Below are positions 34,612 through 42,401 of a stretch of 64,000 bases of DNA, piece by piece. The position numbers were made by a program, and so were the translations under genes. The notes beneath the pieces were generated by a model. The model saw only the letters and a program-made list of their open reading frames with translations, did no database searches and was not told the DNA's origin. Within the stretch, counting starts at the first letter, position 1. Each line of letters opens with the position of its first letter. The DNA is from Thermoanaerobaculia bacterium (GTDB lineage Bacteria; Acidobacteriota; Thermoanaerobaculia; Multivoradales; UBA5704). The stretch covers positions 7,578 to 71,577 of the forward strand of contig DASPXX010000144.1 of assembly GCA_035637095.1 (NCBI GenBank), read 5' to 3'.

Positions 34612-36387
34612 ATGCGACTGCTCTACTCCTACCTGCGACGCTACTGGGGCCTCGTTGTCCTGGCCCTCGTGCTGGCGGCGGTCAACCAGGTCTTCTCGCT
34701 CCTCGACCCGTTGATCTTCCGCCATGTCATCGACGAGTACGCCACCCGCTACCGCGAGTACACCACCGGGCAGTTCTTCCGCGGCGTGAGCCTGCTGCTC
34801 GCCGCCGCGGTCGGGGTCGCGTTCGTCTCGCGGGTGGCCAAGAACTTCCAGGACTACTTCGTCAACGTCATCACCCAGCGGCTGGGGGCCCAGCTCTACT
34901 CGGACGGCGTCCGCCACTCCCTGGAGCTGCCCTACGCCCGGTTCGAGGACCAGCGGAGCGGCGAGACGCTCGGTAAGCTCCAGAAGGTCCGCAACGACGT
35001 CGAGAAGCTGATCAGCACGGCGGTCAACACCCTGTTCACGACCCTGGTGGGGGTCATCTTCGTGATGATCTATGCCCTCACCGTGCACTGGATCATCGCG
35101 CCGGTCTTCTTCCTGACCGTCCCTCTCCTCGGCGTCCTGAGCTCCGTGCTGTCCAAGCGGATCAAGAAGATCCAGAAGGTCATCGTGGCCGAGACCACGG
35201 CCCTCGCCGGAGCGACCACCGAGTCGCTGCGCAACATCGAGCTGGTGAAGAGCCTCGGGCTCGCCCGCCAGGAGATCGACCGGCTCAACTCGACGACCGA
35301 CAAGATCCTGCGCTTAGAGCTCCGGAAGGTGCGCTCGCTGCGCCTCCTGAGCTTCATCCAGGGCACGGCGGTGAATGCGCTCCGCACCTCCATCCTCTTC
35401 CTGATGCTCTACCTGATCTATACGCAGCAGATCACGGTCGGACAGTTCTTCTCCCTGTTCATCTATTCCTTCTTCATCTTCGGGCCGCTCCAGGACCTCG
35501 GGACGGTGATCAACAGCTACCGCGAGACCGAGGCGTCGCTGGAGACCTTCCAGGCCATCCTCGACATGCCGGTCGAGACGAAGCCGGAGCGCCCGTTGCC
35601 CTTGGGCGAGCTCGGCGCCCTGGATTTCGAGGATGTCGGCTTCACCCACCAGACCGCCTCCTCCCCGGCCTTGACCGGCGTCTCCTTCGGGGCCGAGCGG
35701 GGTGAGACCCTGGCCTTCGTCGGCCCGTCGGGCTCGGGCAAGACGACGCTGGTCAAGCTGCTCGTCGGCCTCTACGCGCCGAAGCACGGGCGCATCCTCT
35801 ACAACGGCAAGCCGAGCACGGATTTGGATCTCGACGAGCTGCGGGCGCAGATCGGCTTCGTGACGCAGGACACGCAGCTCTTCTCCGGCTCGATCCGCGA
35901 GAACCTGCTCTTCGTCAACCCCGGCGCCAGCGACGCCGAGTGCCTGGAAGTGCTCAAGAAGGCCGCGTGCGACAGCCTGCTGGAGCGGGCCGACCGCGGC
36001 CTCGACACGGTGATCGGCGAGGGAGGCGTCAAGGTCTCGGGAGGAGAGAAGCAGCGGCTGTCGATCGCCCGCGCGCTGCTGCGCCGGCCGCGCCTCCTGG
36101 TGTTCGATGAAGCGACCTCGTCCCTCGATTCGCTCACCGAGGAGGAGATCACCGAGACGATTCGCGAGGTGGCGTCGAGCCAGGTGATCACCATCCTCAT
36201 CGCGCACCGTCTGTCGACGATCCTCCACGCCGACCGCATCCACGTCTTGGAGCGCGGCCGCATCGTCGAGTCCGGCCGCCACACAGAGCTGCTGGATCAG
36301 AAAGGTCTCTATTACGCCATGTGGCGCCAGCAGATCGGCGAGCGCCGGCCCACCCCGGCGGCGCGGCGCCTGGCGTCAGTGGGGTGA
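34612..36387 (+). CDS. ABC exporter, fused permease + ATPase
   Basis: TM domain; GPSGSGKTT, VSGGEKQR, LVFDEATS, AHRLS. Confidence 0.95.
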   Translation: MRLLYSYLRRYWGLVVLALVLAAVNQVFSLLDPLIFRHVIDEYATRYREYTTGQFFRGVSLLLAAAVGVAFVSRVAKNFQDYFVNVITQRLGAQLYSDGVRHSLELPYARFEDQRSGETLGKLQKVRNDVEKLISTAVNTLFTTLVGVIFVMIYALTVHWIIAPVFFLTVPLLGVLSSVLSKRIKKIQKVIVAETTALAGATTESLRNIELVKSLGLARQEIDRLNSTTDKILRLELRKVRSLRLLSFIQGTAVNALRTSILFLMLYLIYTQQITVGQFFSLFIYSFFIFGPLQDLGTVINSYRETEASLETFQAILDMPVETKPERPLPLGELGALDFEDVGFTHQTASSPALTGVSFGAERGETLAFVGPSGSGKTTLVKLLVGLYAPKHGRILYNGKPSTDLDLDELRAQIGFVTQDTQLFSGSIRENLLFVNPGASDAECLEVLKKAACDSLLERADRGLDTVIGEGGVKVSGGEKQRLSIARALLRRPRLLVFDEATSSLDSLTEEEITETIREVASSQVITILIAHRLSTILHADRIHVLERGRIVESGRHTELLDQKGLYYAMWRQQIGERRPTPAARRLASVG

Positions 36388-36516
36388 TCCTCACCCCCGG
36401 CCCCTCTCCCGCGAGCGGGAGAGGGGTGTAGGTTAGTCAGTTCTCGGGATTTCGAGGCTTGCGCGAGCTAACCCTCTCCCCTCTCCCACTTGTGGGAGAG
36501 GGGCCGGGGGTGAGGG
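36388..36516. repeat. Short REP-like inverted pair of the CCTCACCCCCGGCCCCTCTCCC...GGGAGAGGGG family
   Basis: 36388-36426 and 36472-36516 are near reverse complements; same core as the 12 kb and 20.5 kb elements. Confidence 0.85.
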
Positions 36517-36717
36517 CTCGCGCGGCGCAAAAAGATCCCGCAGCACCTGTTGCTCTTCGCCGCGGTAGATCGTGGCATGTTTCAGGTCCGGCCTGGGCTT
36601 GTACTGCCAGCGCAGCCCGGCGGGTGCGTTCGCGCGGAGCACGTCCGCCAACTGTGCGATCGGCTCGATGATGTCGTCCGAGGCCGGGAAGACGTCGTAG
36701 GTGAAATCGTCGGCCAT
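36433..36717 (-). pseudogene. Chimeric 94-aa remnant (TIR-like start fused to an esterase-like C-terminus, ending in repeat-derived codons)
   Basis: MADDFTYDVF resembles bacterial TIR starts; GLRWQY.P.PD.KHATIY resembles alpha/beta-hydrolase C-termini; neither domain is complete. Confidence 0.4.
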
Positions 36718-36723
36718 GGCTCA

Positions 36724-37071
36724 CTATCCCTGATCAATCCACTCGCCGACCATGGGCTCGCAGAACCTGATCAACTCGGGCACATGGCGCTCGCAGATGT
36801 TCCAGACGACTGCGAAGTCGATCTCATCGTATTCGTGGACCACGAAGTTGCGCAGCGCGATCACCTGCTTCCAGGGGATCTCCGGGTGTTCTGCGCGGAA
36901 TTCCTCAGAGAGCCGCCGGCTGGCCTCGCCGATGATCACCAGTTGGTGGAGTATGGCTGCGCGGAGGAGCTTGCTGCCCAAGAAATCCTCCCGGGTTGCA
37001 CCCTGCCTGAACTCCATGAGGTCGCGAGCCGCGATCAGGATGTCGACGAGGATGCCGATGTCACGATCCAT
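36724..37071 (-). CDS. hepT: HepT-like (DUF86/HEPN) ribonuclease toxin
   Basis: IIGEASRRLS...PEIPWKQVIALRNFVVHEYDEID (RX4HXY). Confidence 0.9.
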   Translation of the reverse strand: MDRDIGILVDILIAARDLMEFRQGATREDFLGSKLLRAAILHQLVIIGEASRRLSEEFRAEHPEIPWKQVIALRNFVVHEYDEIDFAVVWNICERHVPELIRFCEPMVGEWIDQG

Positions 37072-37390
37072 GAACCGTGGTGGCCTCGCGGAGGATGTGC
37101 TGCCGTCGGTACAGGTTGCGACTGTGCTCTACAACCCGCCGATCGAGGACGTCCACCCTGCGGCCGACGAGGCGGGCCAACTCGTCTTTGATCTGGAACC
37201 AGTCCATGCCCGTTGGACCCCCTTCGGGCTCGAAGCTGACCAGGAAGTCAATGTCACTGGAGGTATCGAAGTCTTCGCGCAGGACAGAGCCAAAAACTTC
37301 GAGCCTGGCAATGTGCCACCTTTGGCAGAAGTCTTCCAACACCTCTGGCCCGACCTCCAGCCGCTCGCTGATCTGCGTCTGGGTGGTCAT
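37061..37390 (-). CDS. mntA: MntA-like minimal nucleotidyltransferase antitoxin
   Basis: VFGSVLREDF...SDIDFLV (GSX10DXD), RRVDVL; overlaps the hepT start. Confidence 0.9.
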   Translation of the reverse strand: MTTQTQISERLEVGPEVLEDFCQRWHIARLEVFGSVLREDFDTSSDIDFLVSFEPEGGPTGMDWFQIKDELARLVGRRVDVLDRRVVEHSRNLYRRQHILREATTVHGS

Positions 37391-37473
37391 ATCTTGGAGA
37401 TTATAGCCGCTTGAGGAGTCTCAGCGTGGTCTTCAGCCAGGGTTTACCCTGAGCACCGGGGTCCCCACACCCC

Positions 37474-37539
37474 CGAGGCTGCGAGGGTCTGACGCTCGAT
37501 CTCGACGCGCTGTGGGCGGCGATCGACAGCCTGGAGTGA
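37474..37539 (+). pseudogene. Isolated 3' remnant resembling a Uma2-family endonuclease C-terminus
   Basis: Reads RGCEGLTLDLDALWAAIDSLE* with an in-frame stop at 37450 and no start codon. Confidence 0.35.
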
Positions 37540-37773
37540 GGCCCTCCCCCCATGCCCCGCCGACAGGTGCCACCGAAAAGAGTAGAGGTCGCTAAAAAGT
37601 TCCCTGTTCGGGGCTGCGGAGCCCATTGCCAGCCACCGTGGTCGCGGGAGTGTGGGCCGGCGAGACGCCAGCGGTCCCAGGGGGTGATGCTCGGCCCTCG
37701 TGCCGGACCATCGGTTCGCGGCGCGGATGAAATAGTGCTTGGCGGCAAGCTCTTCCCTGCGCCAGCGAGGCGC

Positions 37774-38270
37774 TCCTGAGGCTCGGTAGATCCTACCCGA
37801 CTGTTGGGAGGCTCCTCCCGAGGTCCGGGAGCCTCTTCTCGATCATTGAGACGGTCCTCCCGAGGTCCGGGACGCTCATCCCGACCTACGGGAGGCTCCG
37901 TCCGAACATTGGGACGCTCATCCCGACCATTGGGAGGCTCATCCCCACCATTGGCACGCTCGTCCCAATCATTGGGACGCTTGTCCCGAGGTCCGGGAGG
38001 CTCGTCCCAATGGTTGGGAGGCGCTTCCCAATGGTTGGGAGACGCTTCCCAATGGTTGGGAGAGCCTTCCCAATGGTCGGGACGCTCGTCCCAATGGTCG
38101 GGACGCTCGTCCCAATGTGCGGGTCGCTCGTCCCAATGTGAGGGAGACGCCTCCCAATGTGCGGGAGACTCGCTCCGAGGTCCGGGATGCTCGTCTGAAA
38201 GCACGGATGGACCTTCCGGGGAGTCGGGAGGCTCGTCCCGATGATCGGCGAAGGCTTCCCAAGAGACGCG
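37774..38270. repeat. Strictly phased 21-bp tandem array, ~23 units, consensus TCCC-N7-GGGA-N6
   Basis: Units at 37795, 37816, 37837 ... 38257 with no indels; central units TCCCAA-TGG-TTGGGA. Confidence 0.92.
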
Positions 38271-38338
38271 CCAGGGGCCGCAACGCGCGGGGAGAGCGTG
38301 CCGCGGCCCGGGAGAGGCTTCCGGATGCTCGTTGCGCC

Positions 38339-38818
38339 TCACTCTTTGGACGGGACTTCGGCCGGATCGTTCTTCGCGTAGACCGTAGCCCTCTGGCCGG
38401 CTCCGCGCTCCGCGGTGCGGATGTAGCCTTCGTGAACCAACTCCCGGAGAATCCGGAAGAGAATGCCGCGATCCGGCTCGTAGCCGATCACCTTGCACAC
38501 GTCGTTGCGCGTGAACGTGTCGGGCAGGCGGTCGAGCGACGCGTAGATTTCGTCGCGCGCCTCATAGGTTCTCTGGCCGTGAGGCTGCGGCTGGCTTCTG
38601 GCGAGTGGCTGCTCCTGCGAAGCAGGAGCGGGTGCGCCCGGTGCCGGGAGAGAGGAGAAGGCCATCTCCACCCTGGCGCCAGACTCCTCGGCCTGGAGCA
38701 TCCACACCAGATCCAGGGCCCGGACCTGGGCCAGGTAGGCAGACTCCAACAGTTGAATGCCGGCGCGGAGCTGTTCCTCCAGCCGCTGCTTGCGCTGTTC
38801 GTATTGAGTTTTTGTCAT
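38339..38818 (-). CDS. Hypothetical protein: N-terminal coiled coil, Pro/Gln linker, C-terminal winged HTH
   Basis: MTKTQYEQRKQRLEEQLRAGIQLLE helix; FTRNDVCKVIGYEPDRGILFRILRELVHEGYIRTAERG wHTH-like pattern. Confidence 0.7.
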   Translation of the reverse strand: MTKTQYEQRKQRLEEQLRAGIQLLESAYLAQVRALDLVWMLQAEESGARVEMAFSSLPAPGAPAPASQEQPLARSQPQPHGQRTYEARDEIYASLDRLPDTFTRNDVCKVIGYEPDRGILFRILRELVHEGYIRTAERGAGQRATVYAKNDPAEVPSKE

Positions 38819-38878
38819 AGTGGGTGCATTGCACCACAACGCGGGTGGAAGGGGCAAGTGAACCGACGCCCGGCGTGA

Positions 38879-40093
38879 TTACTGGCGCCGCGGCTCCCAG
38901 CGGTGCAGGTGGCGGACCAGGAAGTCGAGCGGGAAGACGTGGGCCGTCCCGTCGTCGCGCCGGAAGACGACCTGGGACCAGCCGCGGACGTTGACCGGCG
39001 TGTACCAGCACCCGCCGAGGTGCAGCTTGTGGCCGGACACGGCGCGGATGAGGACCTGCTCGTAGCGCGAGCGGCTGAGCAGGCGCTCCGGGAAGAGATC
39101 GTCCCAGGTGCACAGCCGCCCGACGTCCTCGTAGGCCTCCGGCCGGTCGGCGAGGTCGAGCAGCGACGGCGCACGGCCGCGCATCACGCCGCCGATGAGA
39201 CGCAGGCTGAACGGACCGGTGAGACGGCGGATCGAAGGCCAGAAGCGGTGGGTGATGGTCCCCGCGAGCTCGCGCATGCTCACCTCGCGTCCGTCGCGGA
39301 GCGGCCACGACGGGTGGTCGACGTCGCAGGTGAACGGGTTCACCGGGAAGCAGTCGAACCGCGCGACCCAACCCTGGCGGCTGGCGTGCTTGACCGGGGC
39401 GAAGCCGGCGACGACCGGGATCTCCATCCGCTCGAGCATGCCCAGGTCATAGGACGGCCAGCGCATCACCGCGCGCACGATGCCGAGGATGAGCGATCCG
39501 GTGGCGATCGAGAGCGCCGGCTCCGGCGTGAAGTCGACGGTCACTTCCAGCCGGTTGCCGCGCGGCCGGACGCCGACGCCGCTCGACGAGCGGCGGTTGG
39601 TGGCCAGGAGCATCACCGGGAAGGGCAGGATGTAGGTGAGCAGCAGCGCGAGCTTGCGCACCGTGCGCTCCCGCCCCTGCTCGGCGAGCGGCAGCTCGAA
39701 GGAGACGTTGTAGTGCATGCTGTAGCCGACCAGCCGCGCCGGCTCACCGCCGCTCTGCTCCCAGGCGTCGAGCTCTCCGCGGACGAAGCGGATCGACTCC
39801 CACAGCTGGCGGCCGGCGCGCGCCGCCGCGCCGCGCTCGATCTCGATCGCCGGCGTCGCCACCTCGATGACGCCGGTGTCGAAGTAGACGGCGGCGCCGG
39901 TCGGCAGGTGGTAGGACGTGCCCTCGCGGTGCATCAGCGCGCCGCGGACGAAGGCGGTGGGAGTGCCGAAAATGTCCTCCGGCTGGCGGCGCCGGCCGGC
40001 GATCCACAGCTCGAGCTCGGCCTCCATGCCGGTGGCGGCGAGCGCCAATGGGACGTCGGGCGCCTCGGCGAGCGCCTTGACCGGACCCTTCAT
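38879..40093 (-). CDS. PafA/Dop (Pup ligase/deamidase)-like carboxylate-amine ligase fold protein
   Basis: GMEAELE, LPTGAAVYFDTGVIEVATP, GYSMHYN and RLEV parallel PafA GIETEFG, LRNGARLYLDVG..EYAT, YGCHENY and RLH; ATGA overlap with the upstream gene. Confidence 0.7.
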   Translation of the reverse strand: MKGPVKALAEAPDVPLALAATGMEAELELWIAGRRRQPEDIFGTPTAFVRGALMHREGTSYHLPTGAAVYFDTGVIEVATPAIEIERGAAARAGRQLWESIRFVRGELDAWEQSGGEPARLVGYSMHYNVSFELPLAEQGRERTVRKLALLLTYILPFPVMLLATNRRSSSGVGVRPRGNRLEVTVDFTPEPALSIATGSLILGIVRAVMRWPSYDLGMLERMEIPVVAGFAPVKHASRQGWVARFDCFPVNPFTCDVDHPSWPLRDGREVSMRELAGTITHRFWPSIRRLTGPFSLRLIGGVMRGRAPSLLDLADRPEAYEDVGRLCTWDDLFPERLLSRSRYEQVLIRAVSGHKLHLGGCWYTPVNVRGWSQVVFRRDDGTAHVFPLDFLVRHLHRWEPRRQ

Positions 40094-40722
40094 GGCGGCT
40101 CGCCTTGCGCAGCGCTGTCGCCGTCCTCCGACCCAGCGCCATGTGGGACCAGGGTGACGAAGCCGAGGTCGAGGTGGATCTGGTCGTCGACGAAGCCGCG
40201 GCCGGTGCCGTAGGGCCGCGCCCGGACGCCGCTCATCGTCTCGCCGGCGATGCGGTTGTAGCGCTCGATCGTCTCCGGCGTGTCGAGCCAGTCGTCGCCG
40301 ATGCGGTAGATGTTGACCGCCGTGCCCCAAGAGTGCGGTGTCGCCACCGTCGACAGCCGGTGCGCCGGCGAGCGGTAGCCGCCGTTGGCGGCGACGTGCA
40401 CGTAGGTGCCGACCGCGGCGCGGAAAGGCTCGAGCGCCGCCGCCATCAGCATCACGGCGCAGGGCGCGTAGCGTGGGAAGGTCCGCAGCAGCTCCGCCTC
40501 GCGGACGTCGACGCCGATCAGCTCCCAGAGCATGAAGTGCGGCGACAGCGGTGTTTCGAGCGCAGTTTTCCAGGAGTCGATCTCATAGAAGAAGCGCGGC
40601 AGCCGTCGCCCGCGGCCTTCGGCGTCGCGCAGGATGCCGCCCGGGCGCAGCGCCTCGCGGTACGCCCGGGCGAGCTGCAGGCCGTCGACGACCGGCAGCG
40701 GCGGTGCTCCCGGCTCAGACAC
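40090..40722 (-). CDS. Peptidase M15A-like (D-Ala-D-Ala carboxypeptidase fold) protein
   Basis: LSPHF..WEL, GGYRS, PHSWGTAVNI and IHLDLG motifs; no signal peptide. Confidence 0.65.
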   Translation of the reverse strand: MSEPGAPPLPVVDGLQLARAYREALRPGGILRDAEGRGRRLPRFFYEIDSWKTALETPLSPHFMLWELIGVDVREAELLRTFPRYAPCAVMLMAAALEPFRAAVGTYVHVAANGGYRSPAHRLSTVATPHSWGTAVNIYRIGDDWLDTPETIERYNRIAGETMSGVRARPYGTGRGFVDDQIHLDLGFVTLVPHGAGSEDGDSAAQGEPP

Positions 40723-41560
40723 GCTCTTCCTCCCAGGCCTGCAGATGCTCGAAGATGCTCTGCGAGATGCCGGCGATCACCTCGCGCCGCCGACCGGCGT
40801 CGGGCGGCCATTGCGTCAGGACCGCCAGCACGTAGGGCTCGCGGTCGGGCAGGAAGACGATCCCGGCGTCGTGGGCGGCGGTCGAGATCTCGCCGGTCTT
40901 GTGCGCCACCCGCGCGCCCTCCGGCAGGCCCGCCGGAATGCCCTTCCTGAACTGCTGCTGGTGCAGGATGTCGAGCATCCGCCGGCTGACGGCCGCCGAC
41001 CAGGCCCGCTCCTCGACGATCAGACGCAGCGCCTGGAGCAGCCCGTTCGCCGTCACCTGGTTGTTGATGCCGGCCTGCCACGCCAGCTCGTCCTCGACCC
41101 CCCGCCGCAGCTCGACGCCATCGAGATGCAGCGGCGCCAGGATGCGCTGCATCTCCTCGAGGCCGATGACGTCGATCAGCAGATTGGTCGCCAGGTTGCT
41201 GCTGGTGGCGATCATGTGGTGCGCCAGCTCCTTGACCTTCATCGTGCGGCCGATCGCCCGCGGCACGTCGGGGTTGGCGTCGCGGCTCGCGTCGATGCGG
41301 AAGCGCGAGCCGTCGGCCAGGCTGAAGAAGCGGTTGCGCACGTGGACCGGGGACTCCTCGCTCAGGAGACCTTCCTGGATTGCTCCGTAGACGCCGAGCA
41401 GCACCGGCACCTTGATGGTGCTGGCGGCGTGGAACCAGAGATCGCCGTGCCAGCTCCAGCCCTGGTGCGTCTCATAGTCGTGGAAGGCGACCCCGACCTG
41501 CTCGGCCCCCGCGTCATGGGCGAGCTTCTCGATCTGCATTCGCAGGCTGCTGACCGTCAT
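40715..41560 (-). CDS. Class A beta-lactamase-like serine hydrolase
   Basis: AASTIK (SxxK), SSN (SxN), HKTG; no signal peptide. Confidence 0.88.
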   Translation of the reverse strand: MTVSSLRMQIEKLAHDAGAEQVGVAFHDYETHQGWSWHGDLWFHAASTIKVPVLLGVYGAIQEGLLSEESPVHVRNRFFSLADGSRFRIDASRDANPDVPRAIGRTMKVKELAHHMIATSSNLATNLLIDVIGLEEMQRILAPLHLDGVELRRGVEDELAWQAGINNQVTANGLLQALRLIVEERAWSAAVSRRMLDILHQQQFRKGIPAGLPEGARVAHKTGEISTAAHDAGIVFLPDREPYVLAVLTQWPPDAGRRREVIAGISQSIFEHLQAWEEERV

Positions 41561-41649
41561 GGGCTCTCCGGCGCCTGGTTCAGTGTCACGGGGGCGTTCC
41601 CTCGCCCGCTCCGCTCCACCCTGCACGTTTGGGGCCGGCGGGACGTGCT

Positions 41650-41678
41650 TTGACAAACCGGAGGCGACCGCTTAGCAT
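41650..41678 (+). promoter_or_regulatory. Sigma70-type promoter of the tRNA-His gene
   Basis: TTGACA (41650-55), 17-bp spacer, TAGCAT (41673-78), 13 bp upstream of the tRNA. Confidence 0.8.
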
Positions 41679-41691
41679 TTTCCGCCTCTGG

Positions 41692-41768
41692 GCCGGTGTA
41701 GCTCAGTTGGTTAGAGCGCCTGACTGTGGATCAGGAGGTCTCCGGTTCAACTCCGGACACCGGTACCA
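41692..41768 (+). tRNA. tRNA-His (GTG), CCA encoded, G1.U72 and A73
   Basis: GCCGGTG-TA-GCTC-AGTTGGTTA-GAGC-G-CCTGA-CTGTGGA-TCAGG-AGGTC-TCCGG-TTCAACT-CCGGA-CACCGGT-A-CCA; anticodon at 41726-41728. Confidence 0.95.
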
Positions 41769-41803
41769 AAACTTTCCTGGCTCGCGGCGTATTATCCTCG
41801 TCG

Positions 41804-42379
41804 ATGACCGTCAAGCTCCGCGCCTGCATGGCACTCATCACCGTGGGTTGGCTCCTGCCAGCTGCGGCCGGCTGCGTTGCACCGAACCCACCGAGCGACA
41901 GCTCTCTCACCCTGACCGCGGCAGGCGAGCCCGGCACCAAGCTGTTGATCAGCGGCACCGTCACCGACCAGAGCGGACGGCCCGTCGCGGGCGCCGGTCT
42001 CCACGTCTATCAGACCGACGCGAGTGGTCGCTACACCCTGGAGAGGTCGATGGATGAGGCTCACGCTCGCCTCTCCGGCCGGATCCGGACAGATGACGGC
42101 GGCCACTTCGTGCTTCGCACGATCCGTCCGGGCGGATACCCCAAGCCACTCAAGCTGGGAGACCGCGAACGGAAGATCCCCGCTCACATTCACATCGACA
42201 TCACCGCTGCCGGACATGCTGAGCGACGCCTTCAAGTCGTGTTTGCCGATGATCCGCTCCTCTCAGACCCGTACTGGACCGATTGGGTGCGGCGCCTGCA
42301 TCAGTCGGTGCTCAAGGTCGACCCGGCCACAGGCGCAGCGAACCTGGTCGTCATCCTCGATCCTCCCGGCAGCGATTGA
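41804..42379 (+). CDS. Intradiol ring-cleavage dioxygenase-like lipoprotein
   Basis: Lipobox-like LLPAAAGC; QTDASGRY, TIRPGGYP and PAHIH carry the expected Tyr/Tyr/His/His ligand positions. Confidence 0.75.
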   Translation: MTVKLRACMALITVGWLLPAAAGCVAPNPPSDSSLTLTAAGEPGTKLLISGTVTDQSGRPVAGAGLHVYQTDASGRYTLERSMDEAHARLSGRIRTDDGGHFVLRTIRPGGYPKPLKLGDRERKIPAHIHIDITAAGHAERRLQVVFADDPLLSDPYWTDWVRRLHQSVLKVDPATGAANLVVILDPPGSD

Positions 42380-42401
42380 CCAGGGCAGCTCCACCACCCC
42401 G

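Noticed and set aside
37401-38498. Heptad-repeat proteins encoded across the 21-bp array
   Set aside because: Several frames are open merely because the period is a multiple of three; no convincing RBS/start was found, and dyad symmetry explains the conserved positions better. Not fully excluded.
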